Positions 1 to 11,200 of a stretch of DNA of 57,447 nucleotides are shown here, piece by piece (position 1 is the stretch's first letter; each line of letters begins with the position of its first letter). This DNA comes from Mycobacterium sp. (lineage in GTDB: Bacteria; Actinomycetota; Actinomycetes; Mycobacteriales; Mycobacteriaceae): assembly GCA_023264765.1 (NCBI GenBank), contig JAHFVC010000002.1, forward strand, positions 1 to 57,447. The letters are read 5' to 3'. Under the pieces are notes generated by a model, which was not told the origin of the DNA, made no database searches, and was given only the letters and a program-made list of their open reading frames with translations. Both the position numbers and the translations under genes were made by a program.

Positions 1-1012
1 CGACGGTCCTGCGATGGATGCTGTTGCTGCCCTGGCAGATTCGCTGCGCCGCGACGCCGTCGGCGAGGACGTCACGTTCGTCGTCAATCGCAATATCAAC
101 TTCACCAACATCTGCTACACGGGCTGCCGGTTCTGCGCGTTCGCGCAGCGCAAAGGCGACGCCGATGCGTACTCACTGTCCACGTCCGAGGTCGCCGACC
201 GCGCGTGGGAAGCGCATGTCGCCGGCGCCACCGAGGTGTGCATGCAGGGTGGGATTGACCCGGAGTTGCCGGTCACCGGCTACGCGGATCTGGTGCGTGC
301 GGTGAAGGCGCGGGTGCCCTCGATGCATGTGCACGCCTTCTCGCCGATGGAGATCTCCAACGGCGTCACCCGCAGCGGACTGTCGCTGCGCGAGTGGCTG
401 ACGTCGTTGCGGGAAGCCGGTCTCGGCTCCATACCCGGCACGGCCGCGGAGATCCTCGACGACGAGGTGCGCTGGGTGCTCACCAAGGGCAAGCTGCCCA
501 CCTCGGAGTGGATCGACGTGGTGACCACCGCGCATGAGGTGGGTCTGCGGTCGAGTTCGACCATGATGTACGGGCACGTCGACACTCCCAAACACTGGGT
601 GGGACACCTCAACGTGCTGCGCGGCATCCAGGACCGCACCGGTGGGTTCACCGAGTTCGTGCCGCTGCCGTTCGTCCATCAGTCTTCGCCGTTGTACCTG
701 GCCGGTGGCGCGCGCCCGGGTCCGACGCACCGCGACAACCGGGCTGTGCACGCGCTGGCCCGGATCATGCTGCACGGCAGGATCTCTCACATCCAGACGT
801 CGTGGGTGAAGTTGGGTGTCGAGCGCACCCGGGTGATGCTGCAGGGCGGCGCCAACGATCTGGGCGGCACCTTGATGGAGGAAACCATCTCGCGGATGGC
901 CGGGTCGGAGAACGGCTCGCAGAAGTCCGTCGAGGAACTCGTCGCCATCGCCGACGGCATCGGCCGCCCGGCCCGGCAGCGCACCACCACCTACACGCCG
1001 ATGGCTGCCTAG
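1..1012 (+). CDS. fbiC: FO synthase (bifunctional CofG/CofH), C-terminal CofH radical-SAM domain; 5'-partial
   Basis: Contains [19 protein letters not shown] (CxxxCxxC radical SAM), [10 protein letters not shown] and [19 protein letters not shown]. The frame is open from the window edge. Synteny with fadH/fdxC. Confidence 0.93.
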   Translation, partial: DGPAMDAVAALADSLRRDAVGEDVTFVVNRNINFTNICYTGCRFCAFAQRKGDADAYSLSTSEVADRAWEAHVAGATEVCMQGGIDPELPVTGYADLVRAVKARVPSMHVHAFSPMEISNGVTRSGLSLREWLTSLREAGLGSIPGTAAEILDDEVRWVLTKGKLPTSEWIDVVTTAHEVGLRSSSTMMYGHVDTPKHWVGHLNVLRGIQDRTGGFTEFVPLPFVHQSSPLYLAGGARPGPTHRDNRAVHALARIMLHGRISHIQTSWVKLGVERTRVMLQGGANDLGGTLMEETISRMAGSENGSQKSVEELVAIADGIGRPARQRTTTYTPMAA

Positions 1013-1022
1013 CGTTTCTTTC

Positions 1023-1087
1023 GCGAGCGGCCGTGTTTGCACAGGGACACGCCGCAACTCGTGGCATTTTGGGGACGTTCGCGGGCG
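1023..1087. repeat. REP-like palindromic intergenic repeat, copy 1
   Basis: GCGAGCGGCC...GGACGTTCGC has imperfect terminal inverted repeats. Its reverse complement nearly matches 13721-13783. Confidence 0.8.
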
Positions 1088-1107
1088 GTAGGTGCGACCC
1101 TCTGCCC

Positions 1108-1554
1108 ATGGACACGATTGCAGGGCTCCCGGCTCACCCGCTTTTCGTGCACGCCATCGTCGTGCTGGTGCCGCTCGTGGCGCTCTTGGAAATGCTCTGC
1201 GCGGTGTGGCCCGCCGCGCGGGAGCGTCTGGTGTGGCTGGTGTTGGCGCTGGCCGCCGTGACAGCTGCGTTGACGCCGTTGACCGTCGAGGCGGGGGAGT
1301 CGCTGATCGCGTCGTTCCCGAAGCCCACGGCGGTGCTGCAGGAGCATGCCGAACGGGGCGACTGGATGCCGTACATCGCCGTCGCCCTGCTGGTGGTGGC
1401 GGTGCTGCTGGCGCTGCTGCACTGGCGGTCCAGCCGCGGCCGCGGGGTGGCTGCCGTGGTGGCGGTGATCGCGCTGGTGGTCGGCGTGGCGGCGATCATC
1501 GCGGTGATCAGGGTCGGCGATTCGGGGGCACGGGCGGTGTGGGGTGGGGGTTAG
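1108..1554 (+). CDS. DUF2231-like four-TM membrane protein
   Basis: Starts MDTIAGLPAHPLFVHAIVVL; contains the AGE...HAERG motif and four hydrophobic segments. The ATG at 1108 is preferred over the ORF-track start. Confidence 0.75.
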   Translation: MDTIAGLPAHPLFVHAIVVLVPLVALLEMLCAVWPAARERLVWLVLALAAVTAALTPLTVEAGESLIASFPKPTAVLQEHAERGDWMPYIAVALLVVAVLLALLHWRSSRGRGVAAVVAVIALVVGVAAIIAVIRVGDSGARAVWGGG

Positions 1555-1644
1555 TCCCTGCGACGCGGAATGAATTCGGACCATAGTCCGTTTGCATGAG
1601 GTGAGGGTGTCGGGACGGCCGGCACCGAAAATCTAGGAGACCTC

Positions 1645-2193
1645 ATGACCGCAGCTGTAGCCACCGACCTGACCGCAGGCACCTGGGCCCTGGACCCCGT
1701 GCACTCCTCGGTCAACTTCTCCGTGCGCCACCTGGTGGTGAGCAAGGTTCGCGGTACGTTCGACAACTTCACCGGCGCGATCGTCGTCGCCGAGGACGGC
1801 ACTCCGTCGGTCACCGCGACCATCGACGTCAACTCCGTCAACACCCGTAACGAGCAGCGCGACGCGCACCTCAAGGCTGCCGATTTCTTCGACACCGAGC
1901 AGTTCCCGACGGCCACCTTCGCATCGACTTCCGTGCGTGCCGACGGCAACGACTACGTGCTGGACGGCGACTTCACCCTCAAGGGTGTCACCAAGCCGGT
2001 TTCGCTCAAGCTGGAGTTCAACGGTGTGAACCCCGGCATGGGGCACGGCGCCGTGGCCGGCTTCGAGGCGTCGGTCGTGTTGAACCGCAAGGACTTCGGC
2101 ATCAGCTTCGATGCACCCCTGGAGACCGGTGGAGCCGTCGTGGGGGACAAGGTGACGATCACGCTGGAGATCGAGGCGCTGCGCCAGGACTGA
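1645..2193 (+). CDS. YceI family polyisoprenoid-binding protein
   Basis: Motifs GTWALDPVHSSVNFSVRH, RDAHLKAADFFD, GDFTLKGVTKPV and NRKDFG. RBS AGGAG. Confidence 0.92.
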   Translation: MTAAVATDLTAGTWALDPVHSSVNFSVRHLVVSKVRGTFDNFTGAIVVAEDGTPSVTATIDVNSVNTRNEQRDAHLKAADFFDTEQFPTATFASTSVRADGNDYVLDGDFTLKGVTKPVSLKLEFNGVNPGMGHGAVAGFEASVVLNRKDFGISFDAPLETGGAVVGDKVTITLEIEALRQD

Positions 2194-2211
2194 GATAAGT
2201 ATTCACGATGA

Positions 2212-2247
2212 GCGGGTGCCACCCTATTGGTTGAGAGTGGCACCCGC
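2212..2247. terminator. Hairpin between convergent yceI and the giant gene
   Basis: 11-bp stem GCGGGTGCCAC ... GTGGCACCCGC. Confidence 0.65.
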
Positions 2248-2273
2248 GCAAGGTGCATTCAGTAATTGGTTGA

Positions 2274-5200
2274 TTAAGCGCCACCACCGGCTTGACGCAA
2301 GTCGTTCTTTACGGCCGTCCAAGCGGAATCCGTCGAGGCGTCGAATTGTGATCCAATGAGGATGTAGGTCGCGCGGTCGGTGTGAACGTTGATCGCATAA
2401 GTGTTTGATCCGACACCTGGCGGCACTTGAAATGGCGATTCGAGGACAACGCCGCCACTTCCGACATAGACCAGTCCGGCGTTGAAGTTGTTGTTCACTA
2501 CGCCGGTGAAGTCGTTGACGATGTTGAATGCTGCCATCGGCGGTACGGGGTCGGCCGGGTCGATGACGTGAACGGTGTGCACTCCAGGGATTGGGTTTTG
2601 CACGATGGGCGAGGCGAAGGTGATCAACGTCGTGACGTTATAGCCCAAGGAATTTGCGGCGGCTGCGACGTTCTGAGCATCCATACCGCCTTGGCTGTAA
2701 CCAATCAGAATGATCGGAGTGTCAGCATCGACACCGTTCAGTAGAGTCGCGGCCTTCCGTTGAATCAACCAGGCATTAGCTGCAGCGAGGCCCGCAGGTG
2801 ACGAGGCAGCCCCCTCCAGATACCACTGCGATGCTCCGGAAGCGTCAATCTGAGGTATCTCGTCATCGATTCCTAGCGCGGTGTCGATCGCGGCAACTTG
2901 CCATGGCTTTGGAGTGCCGTTGATGCCGATGAGATTTGTCAGGATGGGCTGGTTTCCATCCACCCAGCTGCTTGTGGTGCCGCCGAAGTACACGAAGAGA
3001 CGAGTTACGCTATCGGTGCCAACGACTCTTTCGATCACGATTCCGTCGCTATCGGCATCGGTGACGTCTCGTAGATGGTCGTACAGGCGACTCAGGGCCG
3101 TTGGCGAGGGACTTCCGTTTGACCCGGTAGTTGCAGTGCCCGTTCCATTTGCCTTCGCGTTGCCGCCGAAGCCTCCAACGCCTTGACGCATTAGATAGTC
3201 GGCCTTGGTTTGAGCCGAAGCGTTGGCCGCAGGGGTGTCGTAGGGAAGGCCGCCGTCACCACCTGCGCCGCCGGCGGCATTCTTCCTTCCGAGTGTCGTG
3301 GCATCGCCGCCGTGTCCTCCGTCGCCGCCGTAGTACCCTCGACCGCCAGCGCCTCCACGCCCGCCCGTGGCGGATGCGGTTGATGGACCGTTGCTGTCAC
3401 TGGTGCTGGCCCAGCCTCCGGCCCCACCCGATCCGCCGTGTGAACCAATGCCAGTTGTATTGCCGCCCGCGCCGCCAGCGCCGCCGGTTGCGCTGCCGGT
3501 GCCGTCGTTGCGGGCGTAGCCGCCGGCTCCGCCGGTACCTGCTGACGTGTTGCTGCCGTTGCCGTCAGCGCCGGAGCCGCCAGCTCCTCCAACAACATTC
3601 CCGGAACCTGAGGTTGAAGCGCTCCCGCCGTAGCCGCCGCTGCCGCCGGTGATTCCGCTACCCCCGCGCCCGCCGGCACCGCCGGTCGCAGACACCGTAG
3701 AGGCGGAGTTGACGATGGCAACGTCGCCACCATTGCCGCCGGTACCACCGAGCCCTGATGTGGTGTTCGCGCCGTTGCCGCCAGTACCACCGACGACACT
3801 TCCCTTTCCGGCAGTAGAAGCGTCACCGCCACTCCCGCCGTTGCCTGCGAGTGTCGATCCGGTCGCGCCGTCACCGCCCTGGCCGCCGATAGCGGAAGCT
3901 GTTGAGCTGCTGTTGTTTTGGATAGTGGCGTTACCGCCATCTCCGCCACTGCCGCCGTATCCGCCTTGGGTGTCGGAACCGCCCCTGCCTCCGGTCCCAC
4001 CGACAGCGCCGCCAGTGCCATACGCGTATGCGTTGCCCCCGGAGCCGCCGTCGCCACCGTGCTGCCCGTTGCCGGCTGCGCCATTCTGGCCGTTTCCACC
4101 TGTGGCGTTGCCTGATCCGTAGTTGTATGCGTTACCGCCCGAACCTCCGTCACCGCTGCCGGACCGGCTGTCGACGGTGCCAATGCCGCCTGTACCGCCG
4201 ACAGCGTTTGCGTGCGATCCAGCATTCAAGATGTAGGCGTCGCCGCCTCGCCCGCCATCGACTCCGCCGTAATAATTCACGCTGGAAGAGGTCTGACCGC
4301 CGCTGGCTCCTCCGTCCCCGCCTGTACCGCCGATGGCCGTTACCGTGGAGTTAGCGTTGTCGATGCGGGTGTCTCCGCCGCGTCCTCCGGCCCCGCCCGA
4401 GGTGCTGCCGTAACCGCCCGTTCCGCCGCGTCCGGCGGTCGGATTGGTAGTTCCTTGTGTCTTGACGTCTCCGCCGCGACCCCCTGCGCCGCCGTAGACG
4501 CCGGAACCGCCGGTGCCTCCGTTGCCAGCAATTGCTATGCCACTGGCAGTGAAAGCGCTTCCTCCGTTACCACCGCCGCCTCCGCGGAGCGTACCGCTGG
4601 TTCCTGCTCCACCGCTGCCCGCGTATGCGGCTCCCTTCCCGTAGTTATTGGCATTGCCTCCGGCTCCACCGGCGCCACCATTCGTTCCCGAGCCGCCCAT
4701 GCCCCCACGCCCGCCGACGGCATCGACGGTGGAGTTGACGTTGTTGATGGTGGTATTGCCGCCGGTACCGCCGGTACCGCCGGTACCGGTAGAAGCCGAG
4801 CCTCCGTTACCGCCTGTGCCGGCGGCGAGATTGCCTAGGCCGCTGTTGGCGGACGATCCCCCTGCGCCTCCGTCCCCGCCGTTGGCGCCGTTGCCGCCGT
4901 TGCCGCCGGTTCCGCCGGTGGCGGTTTGGGTGGAGGTGGTGTTGTTGATGTTGGCGGCCCCGCCGTCTCCGCCGCGGCCGCCGTAGGCGTTGGTGGTGTT
5001 GGTGGTGGCGTTGCCGCCGGTTCCGCCGGTGCCTGCGGTGAGTTGGCCTAGTCCGTAGGTGTTGGCGGTGCCGCCGTTGCCTCCGTCGCCGCCACCGGTG
5101 GTGCCGTCACCGCCACGCCCACCGGCTCCGGCGGTCGCTTTCCCGGTCGAGGTGGTGTTGGTGTAGTTGCCGTAGGTGCCGCCGTTGGTCTGTTGGTAGT

Positions 5201-8200
5201 AGCCGATGTAGGCGTTGCCGCCGGTTCCGCCGGAGCCGCCGTAGCCGCCGGCGGTGTTGGTGCCGCCGGCTGCTCCGTTGGCGGCGGTGGCGTTGCCGGT
5301 GCCGGAGTTGAAGGCGTCTCCGCCGCCACCACCAGTGCCGCCGAATCCGCTGACACCTCCCACTCCAGCCACTCCGGCGGTGCCGCCGGTGGCGGTGCCG
5401 GATCCGCGGTTGGAGGCGTCTCCGCCGGTGCCGCCGGTGCCGCTGCCGTAGCCGGTGCGGGTGCCTACGGTGGTGGTTCCGCCGGTGCCGCCGGTTCCGC
5501 CGATGGCGTCGGCGGTGGCAGTGGTGTTGTCGATGTAGGCGGCCCCGCCGGTGCCGCCGTTGCCGCCACCGCTGGTGGCGGTGCCGTAGTTGGGGTCGTA
5601 GCCGCCGGTGGTGCCGTCGCCGCCGTCACCACCTCGGGCGCCTCGGGCGGTGTTGGTGTTGATGGCGTTGTTGATTTGGGCGTAGCCGCCGTTGCCGCCG
5701 CGCCCACCGGCGAAGGTGAGCCCGTCCCCGCCGTCGCCGCCGGTTCCGGCGTTGACTTGTCCGGTTCCGGTGGTCGAGGCGTAGCCGCCGTAGCCGCCGC
5801 TGCCGCCGTAAGCGCCGGTGGCCCCGGCGCCGCCGGCTCCGCCGGTGGCTGTGGCGGTGGAGGCATTGTTTTCGATTCGGGCGTAGCCGCCGGATCCGCC
5901 TGCTCCGCCGTAGCCGTAGCGGCTGCCGGTGTTGGAGGCTGCGGTGCCGTCTCGGCCGTAAGCGCCGGTGGCGTTGCCGGTTCCGTAGTTGATGGCGTTA
6001 CCGCCGGATCCTCCGTATCCGCCTGCGGCGCCGGTGCCTCCGACCCCACCCAATGCGCCGACGGCGTTTCCGCTGCCGTAGTTGGTGGCCGAGCCGCCGG
6101 TGCCGCCGCCGCCACCGGAGTAGGCGCTGCTGGTGATGGTGGAGCTGCCGTTGCCGCCGTTGCCGCCGGTTCCGCCGGTGGCGGTTTGGGTGGAGGTGGT
6201 GTTGTTGATGTTGGCGGCCCCGCCGTCTCCGCCGCGGCCGCCGTAGGCGTTGGTGGTGTTGGTGGTGGCGTTGCCGCCGGTTCCGCCGGTGCCTGCGGTG
6301 AGTTGGCCTAGTCCGTAGGTGTTGGCGGTGCCGCCGTTGCCTCCGTCGCCGCCACCGGTGGTGCCGTCACCGCCACGCCCACCGGCTCCGGCGGTCGCTT
6401 TCCCGGTCGAGGTAACGACGCCCACGTTGAGCGTTCCGCGACCAGGGATGTACGCGGTACCTCCGATTTGGGCGGCACCTCCCGAACCACCTGCTCCGCC
6501 AACCCCAGCGGTGTTGGTGGCGCCAGCCGCACCGGCGCCACCGACGGCGTTGCCGGTGCCCAAGGTATAGGCGGCCCCACCGGAACCGCCCACACCGCCC
6601 GAAGTTCCAGCGCTTCCCCCGGCGCCTCCGTAGGCGCTACCAGGGCCGGTGCTGACTGCGTCTCCACCGGTGCCGCCGGAGCCCCCGGTCGGATGCGATG
6701 AGTTTCCGGCTGCACCGGCGCCGCCGTCGCCACCACGAACATCACCCGTCGACAGCGCACCGCTGGCACCTGCGACCCCAGCCACGCCACCGGTGCCACC
6801 GGTACCGGCTCTGCCCCCGCCGCCTCCGGCTCCGGCAGTGCCTGCAACGCCGCTGAAACCGCCATCGCCGCCGGCACCGTCACGGCCGCCGGATCCGGTC
6901 TTGCCCCACACGCCTGCCGTACCGGCGCCGCCATTGCCAGCAGACCCGGCAGTTCCGCCTTTGCCGCCGGCGCCACCGGCGCCATTCACGCCCAGATGGC
7001 CCGACCCGCCCGCCGCGACACCGCCAGCATTACCGCCAGCTCCACCACTTCCACCGGTACCGCCGTTGCCGCCGCTGCCACCTGTACCGCCGGCTCCGTT
7101 GCTGGTGCCCGCGATGCCGGTAGCTCCGGCCGCTCCGGTGCCACCAACGCCGCCGGAACCGCCTCTGCCGCCCAGCCCACCGGCACCGCCGTTACCCGAC
7201 ACTGAACCACCAAGTCCGCCTTGACCGCCGACGCCTCCAGCTCCACCGGTGCCACCCGTACCGCCGGCGCCACCCGAAACTGTCGCCGTAGCACCGGCCA
7301 CACCGAGCCCTCCGGTGCCACCCGCACCGCCAGCCCCACCGTCGCCGATCGCCCCCGCATCGCCGCCGCGGCCCCCGGAACCACCGGCCTGACCTGAAAG
7401 ACCAACGCCACCTATACCGCCCGCTCCACCGTCGCCGCGGAGTTGGCCGCCATGCCCGCCGGCGCCGCCCGCTTGGCCTGCGAGCCCGGCGCCACCATCG
7501 CCGCCGTCACCGATCAGCTCGGCGTCACCACCCCGCCCGCCGTTGAAACCGTCACCGCCGTCGCCGATCAGTGCGCTCCCGCCGCCATTACATGCGGCGG
7601 CCGCAGAGCACGATGCAGCCGTATAGCTGAATCCGTCGCCGAACAACAGCCCCGCGTTGGCATGTCCGGCAGTGCCGTTGGCGATCAGTACACCGGCGTG
7701 TCCGACCGAAGCCCCGACGCCGTCGTAGTCGTCGATGCGGCTGCTGAGGGCATCGTTGATGGTGCCTTGCCCGGATGCCGCAGCGAATGTGTGATCGGCG
7801 AAAACGGTCCCGGTAGCGGCGTCGATGACCGTCACCACGCCGTGGGCGTCGCCGCCATCCAGTGCCAGCCCGTTGACATAGATCCGACTACCGTCCGCGC
7901 TGACGCCGATATTCGAAAGCGGTCCGGGTGTCTGGAACGTATCGACGGCGATGGACTTCGAGATGGTGTTCGTTGCCGTATTGATCACGTGCACAACACC
8001 TATCGCGGCACTGTCATTGATGGCATCGAGAAGGGTGTCACCGACGGTGTAGACGTCGTCGCCGGGCAGATTGACCGCACTGACGAAGAGGTGCTGGCCG
8101 TCGGCACTGACCACGAGACCGGTGGGCAGCTCGGCGGTGCTTAGCTTCTTCGTCACGACGTAGGTGTGACCGTCGATGACGTAAACAGCGCCCTTGACCT

Positions 8201-11200
8201 GTGAGTTGGATTCAGCCACATATGCGCTGGCGTAGACGTGATTGCCGTCCTGGCTGACCGCGATTCCGGTGAGTACTTCCTGCTGATCGGGACTGTCGAT
8301 ATCAACAGTGGCCACAACGGCGTTCGTCGTGGCGTCGATAACGTAGACAGCCCCCCGAACGTTCGCGTTTCCGTCGGTGCCATCGGTCGCGAGGTACGCG
8401 CTCGCGAAGATGTGCAGGCTGTCCGAACTGACGGCAATCGCCGTGATGACTTCTTGGTCGGCATTCCCGACGGGAATGGTCCCGATCACCGTATTCGTGG
8501 TGGTGCTGATCACCTTGATCGCCGTCTGCGTATGCGTGCCGCTGTCGACGGTCGTGGTGGCGTACACGCGCTTACCGTCGGGGCTGACCGCGAGATAGGA
8601 CAGGCCAACCGGATAGTCCGACTGTGCCGAGTTCGGCTGGTACGCAGCACCTATGGCAATTGCCGCGAGTTCGGTATTGGTGGCGGTGTCGATAACGTGG
8701 ACGGTCGGCTGCACCTGGGTGCCGTTGAAGTAGCTGGTGGCATAGACACGGGTGCCATCCGGACTCACCGCAACACCGATGACGCCGTTGTAGGGAGAAT
8801 CCGGGCCGATTGCGATGGTAGTGATGGTCGCGTTGGTCTTCGCATCGATGACGAACACCGCTGGAGCATCACCGAACCCGCTGCCGGCATAGATCCGCTT
8901 TCCGTCGGAACTGACTGCGATGGTGGTGGGCAGCTTGTCGCCGAGATCGATGCTGTGATCGTCAGGGTTGGCCACGGTGGGGGAGATGGTCAACGACACT
9001 GCGCGAACCGTCGTTCCGCCTTTACTGTCGCTGACGGTGACGGTGAAGCCGTCGGTGGTCGGTCCACCCGCCGCGGCAGCCTGTCGCGCCGCGACTGACG
9101 GTGTATACGTGAACTGGCGGGTGGCCGGGTCGAAGGTGAAACTATCGGCCCGGGAGGGCATTTGGGTGATGGTGAAGGTCAACGGGTCGCCGTCGACATC
9201 GGTAGCGTCGACGTGTCCGGAGACCGTTCCGGTTGATGAATCTGGGTTGCCGACCGTCGCATTCACCACCGGCGCGTGATTGGTGGGAGTGGGGGAGACG
9301 GCCACCTTGACGCTGATGGTGCCCGTTCCGCCGTGGCTGTCGGTGTAGGTGACAGTCAGGGTGTCGGCTTTGGTGGCAGCGCTGGCTCCGGCTTTGGCGG
9401 CGTTGTCCCTGGCCGTTTGGGTAGGTGTGTAGGTCAGCACATTGCCGGTGACGGTGTAGTTGCCCTTGGTGGTGGACCCGTTGCCGAATATCACGGTGTC
9501 ACCGTCGATGTCTGCGGCCTTGAGTGTGACGACAACAGTCCCGGAGTTGGTATCGGGTTGGGCGACAACAGCCGTCACGGTCGGCTTGGTGTTCTTGGGG
9601 CTGATGGTCACTGTGATCGGTACGTCGAGTACCCCGCCGTGCCCGTCGTCGACGGTGACGGTGAAGCTGTCCGACGCCGCCCCGCCGGCGGCGTCATGTC
9701 GTGCCGCGGGTGTGGGGGTGTAGGTGTAGGCGCCCTTGGTGGTGATGGTGACGGCTCCGAGAGTCGCGGCGCTGACGGTGTAGGTGAGGGTGTCTTTGTC
9801 CTTGTCGGTAGCTGTCACGCTGCCGGTGACGACGCCGGTGGTCGAATTCGGTTTGCCGACAGTGTGTTTCTCGGTGGGGTCGACATTCGAAGGCAGGATG
9901 TCGACAGTGATGCTGCGGTAGATGATGCCGCGCCGACCGTCGTCGATGGTGACGGTGAAGGCGTCGCTGGTTGCGCCGGACGCGGCAGCATTGTGGCGTG
10001 CCGCCGCAGTAGGCGTATAGGTGAACGTGCCATCGGCGTTGAGGACGACGGTGCCGTTGGCGGGTTTGGTGGCGGTGATACTGAGCTTGTCGCCGTCATT
10101 GTCGTGGACTGTGACACTTCCGGTGACCACGCCGGCACTGGTCGGAGCGTTAACCGTCTGGCTGACCACAATGGGGAACTGGTTCAGCGGGGCAAGTGCA
10201 ATGAATTGCAGCCCGTCGGCGGTCAGTGTGTAGGCCTGCTGCCCGTCGGGTGAAATCGCGAACCCACCGAGAACGCCTGCGCTGGAATCGAACCCGGCAT
10301 AAGTGGCCAGTGTCTTGGCGTCCACGACAGAGATGCCTTCGTTGCCGCTGACCAGCAACAGGGTGCCGTCTTTGTTGACAGTCAAAGCCGACGGCGTTTG
10401 ATCGAGGGTGGTAAAGCCGACCACGGTGTACTTGGCGGTCTCTACCGAGTAGATCGTGGCGTCACTGCCGCTGACGTAGAGTCGCGTACCGTCCGAGCTG
10501 ACTGCGATCGCCAGGGGCAAGCTGCCGACCCCGTTGATCTGCGTGGCCTTGGAAGAACTGGAAGCGAAAGCGAAGACGTGGCCGGTCAGGGTCTCGCCGG
10601 TGACCGGATCCACTTGCGGGGAAGCGACGTAGATCTTCTTCCCGTCGGGGCTGACCATGATGCTCAGCGGCAAGGTCCCCACGTTGGATACGGTTCCGCT
10701 GGCTTTGAGGCTGCTCGTCGAGATCTTGGTGACCGTGCCCGCGACATAGTTGCCCTTCGCGTCCTTGGCCGGTTGGCCGTTGGAGTCCAGATAGGCGGTG
10801 CCGACGTAGATGGTCTTTCCATCCGGGCTCAAGACCAGAGCTGTAGGCGTCTTGTCGTCCAATGCAATGGTTTTGGTGATCGCACCGGTTACCGTGTCGA
10901 CGACGACGACACTGTGGCCGGTGAAGTTCGCGACGTAGAGCTTCGCGCCGTCTGGGCTCGCGGCGATACCGGTCGGCTTGCCCCCGATGGTGATCGGGTC
11001 GAGCAGAACACCCCGAATGGTGTCGATGACGGAAATCGTGCCGTCGCTCCAATTAGTCACGTAGGCGCGGGTATTGGTGACGGCCACATCGAATCCGCCG
11101 CCCGTACCGGTGGGAATAACACCCGTCGCGGACACCGAGACCGCGCTGATCGGAACGGTAACCTGCACCGGGGCAGTGGTTTTCCCGTCGGAGACGGTGA

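Noticed and set aside
3130-7700. Calling the giant gene a PE_PGRS, or its repeats a CRISPR or tandem array
   Set aside because: There is no PE domain. The repeats are degenerate in-frame Gly codons with no repeat-spacer structure and no cas genes.
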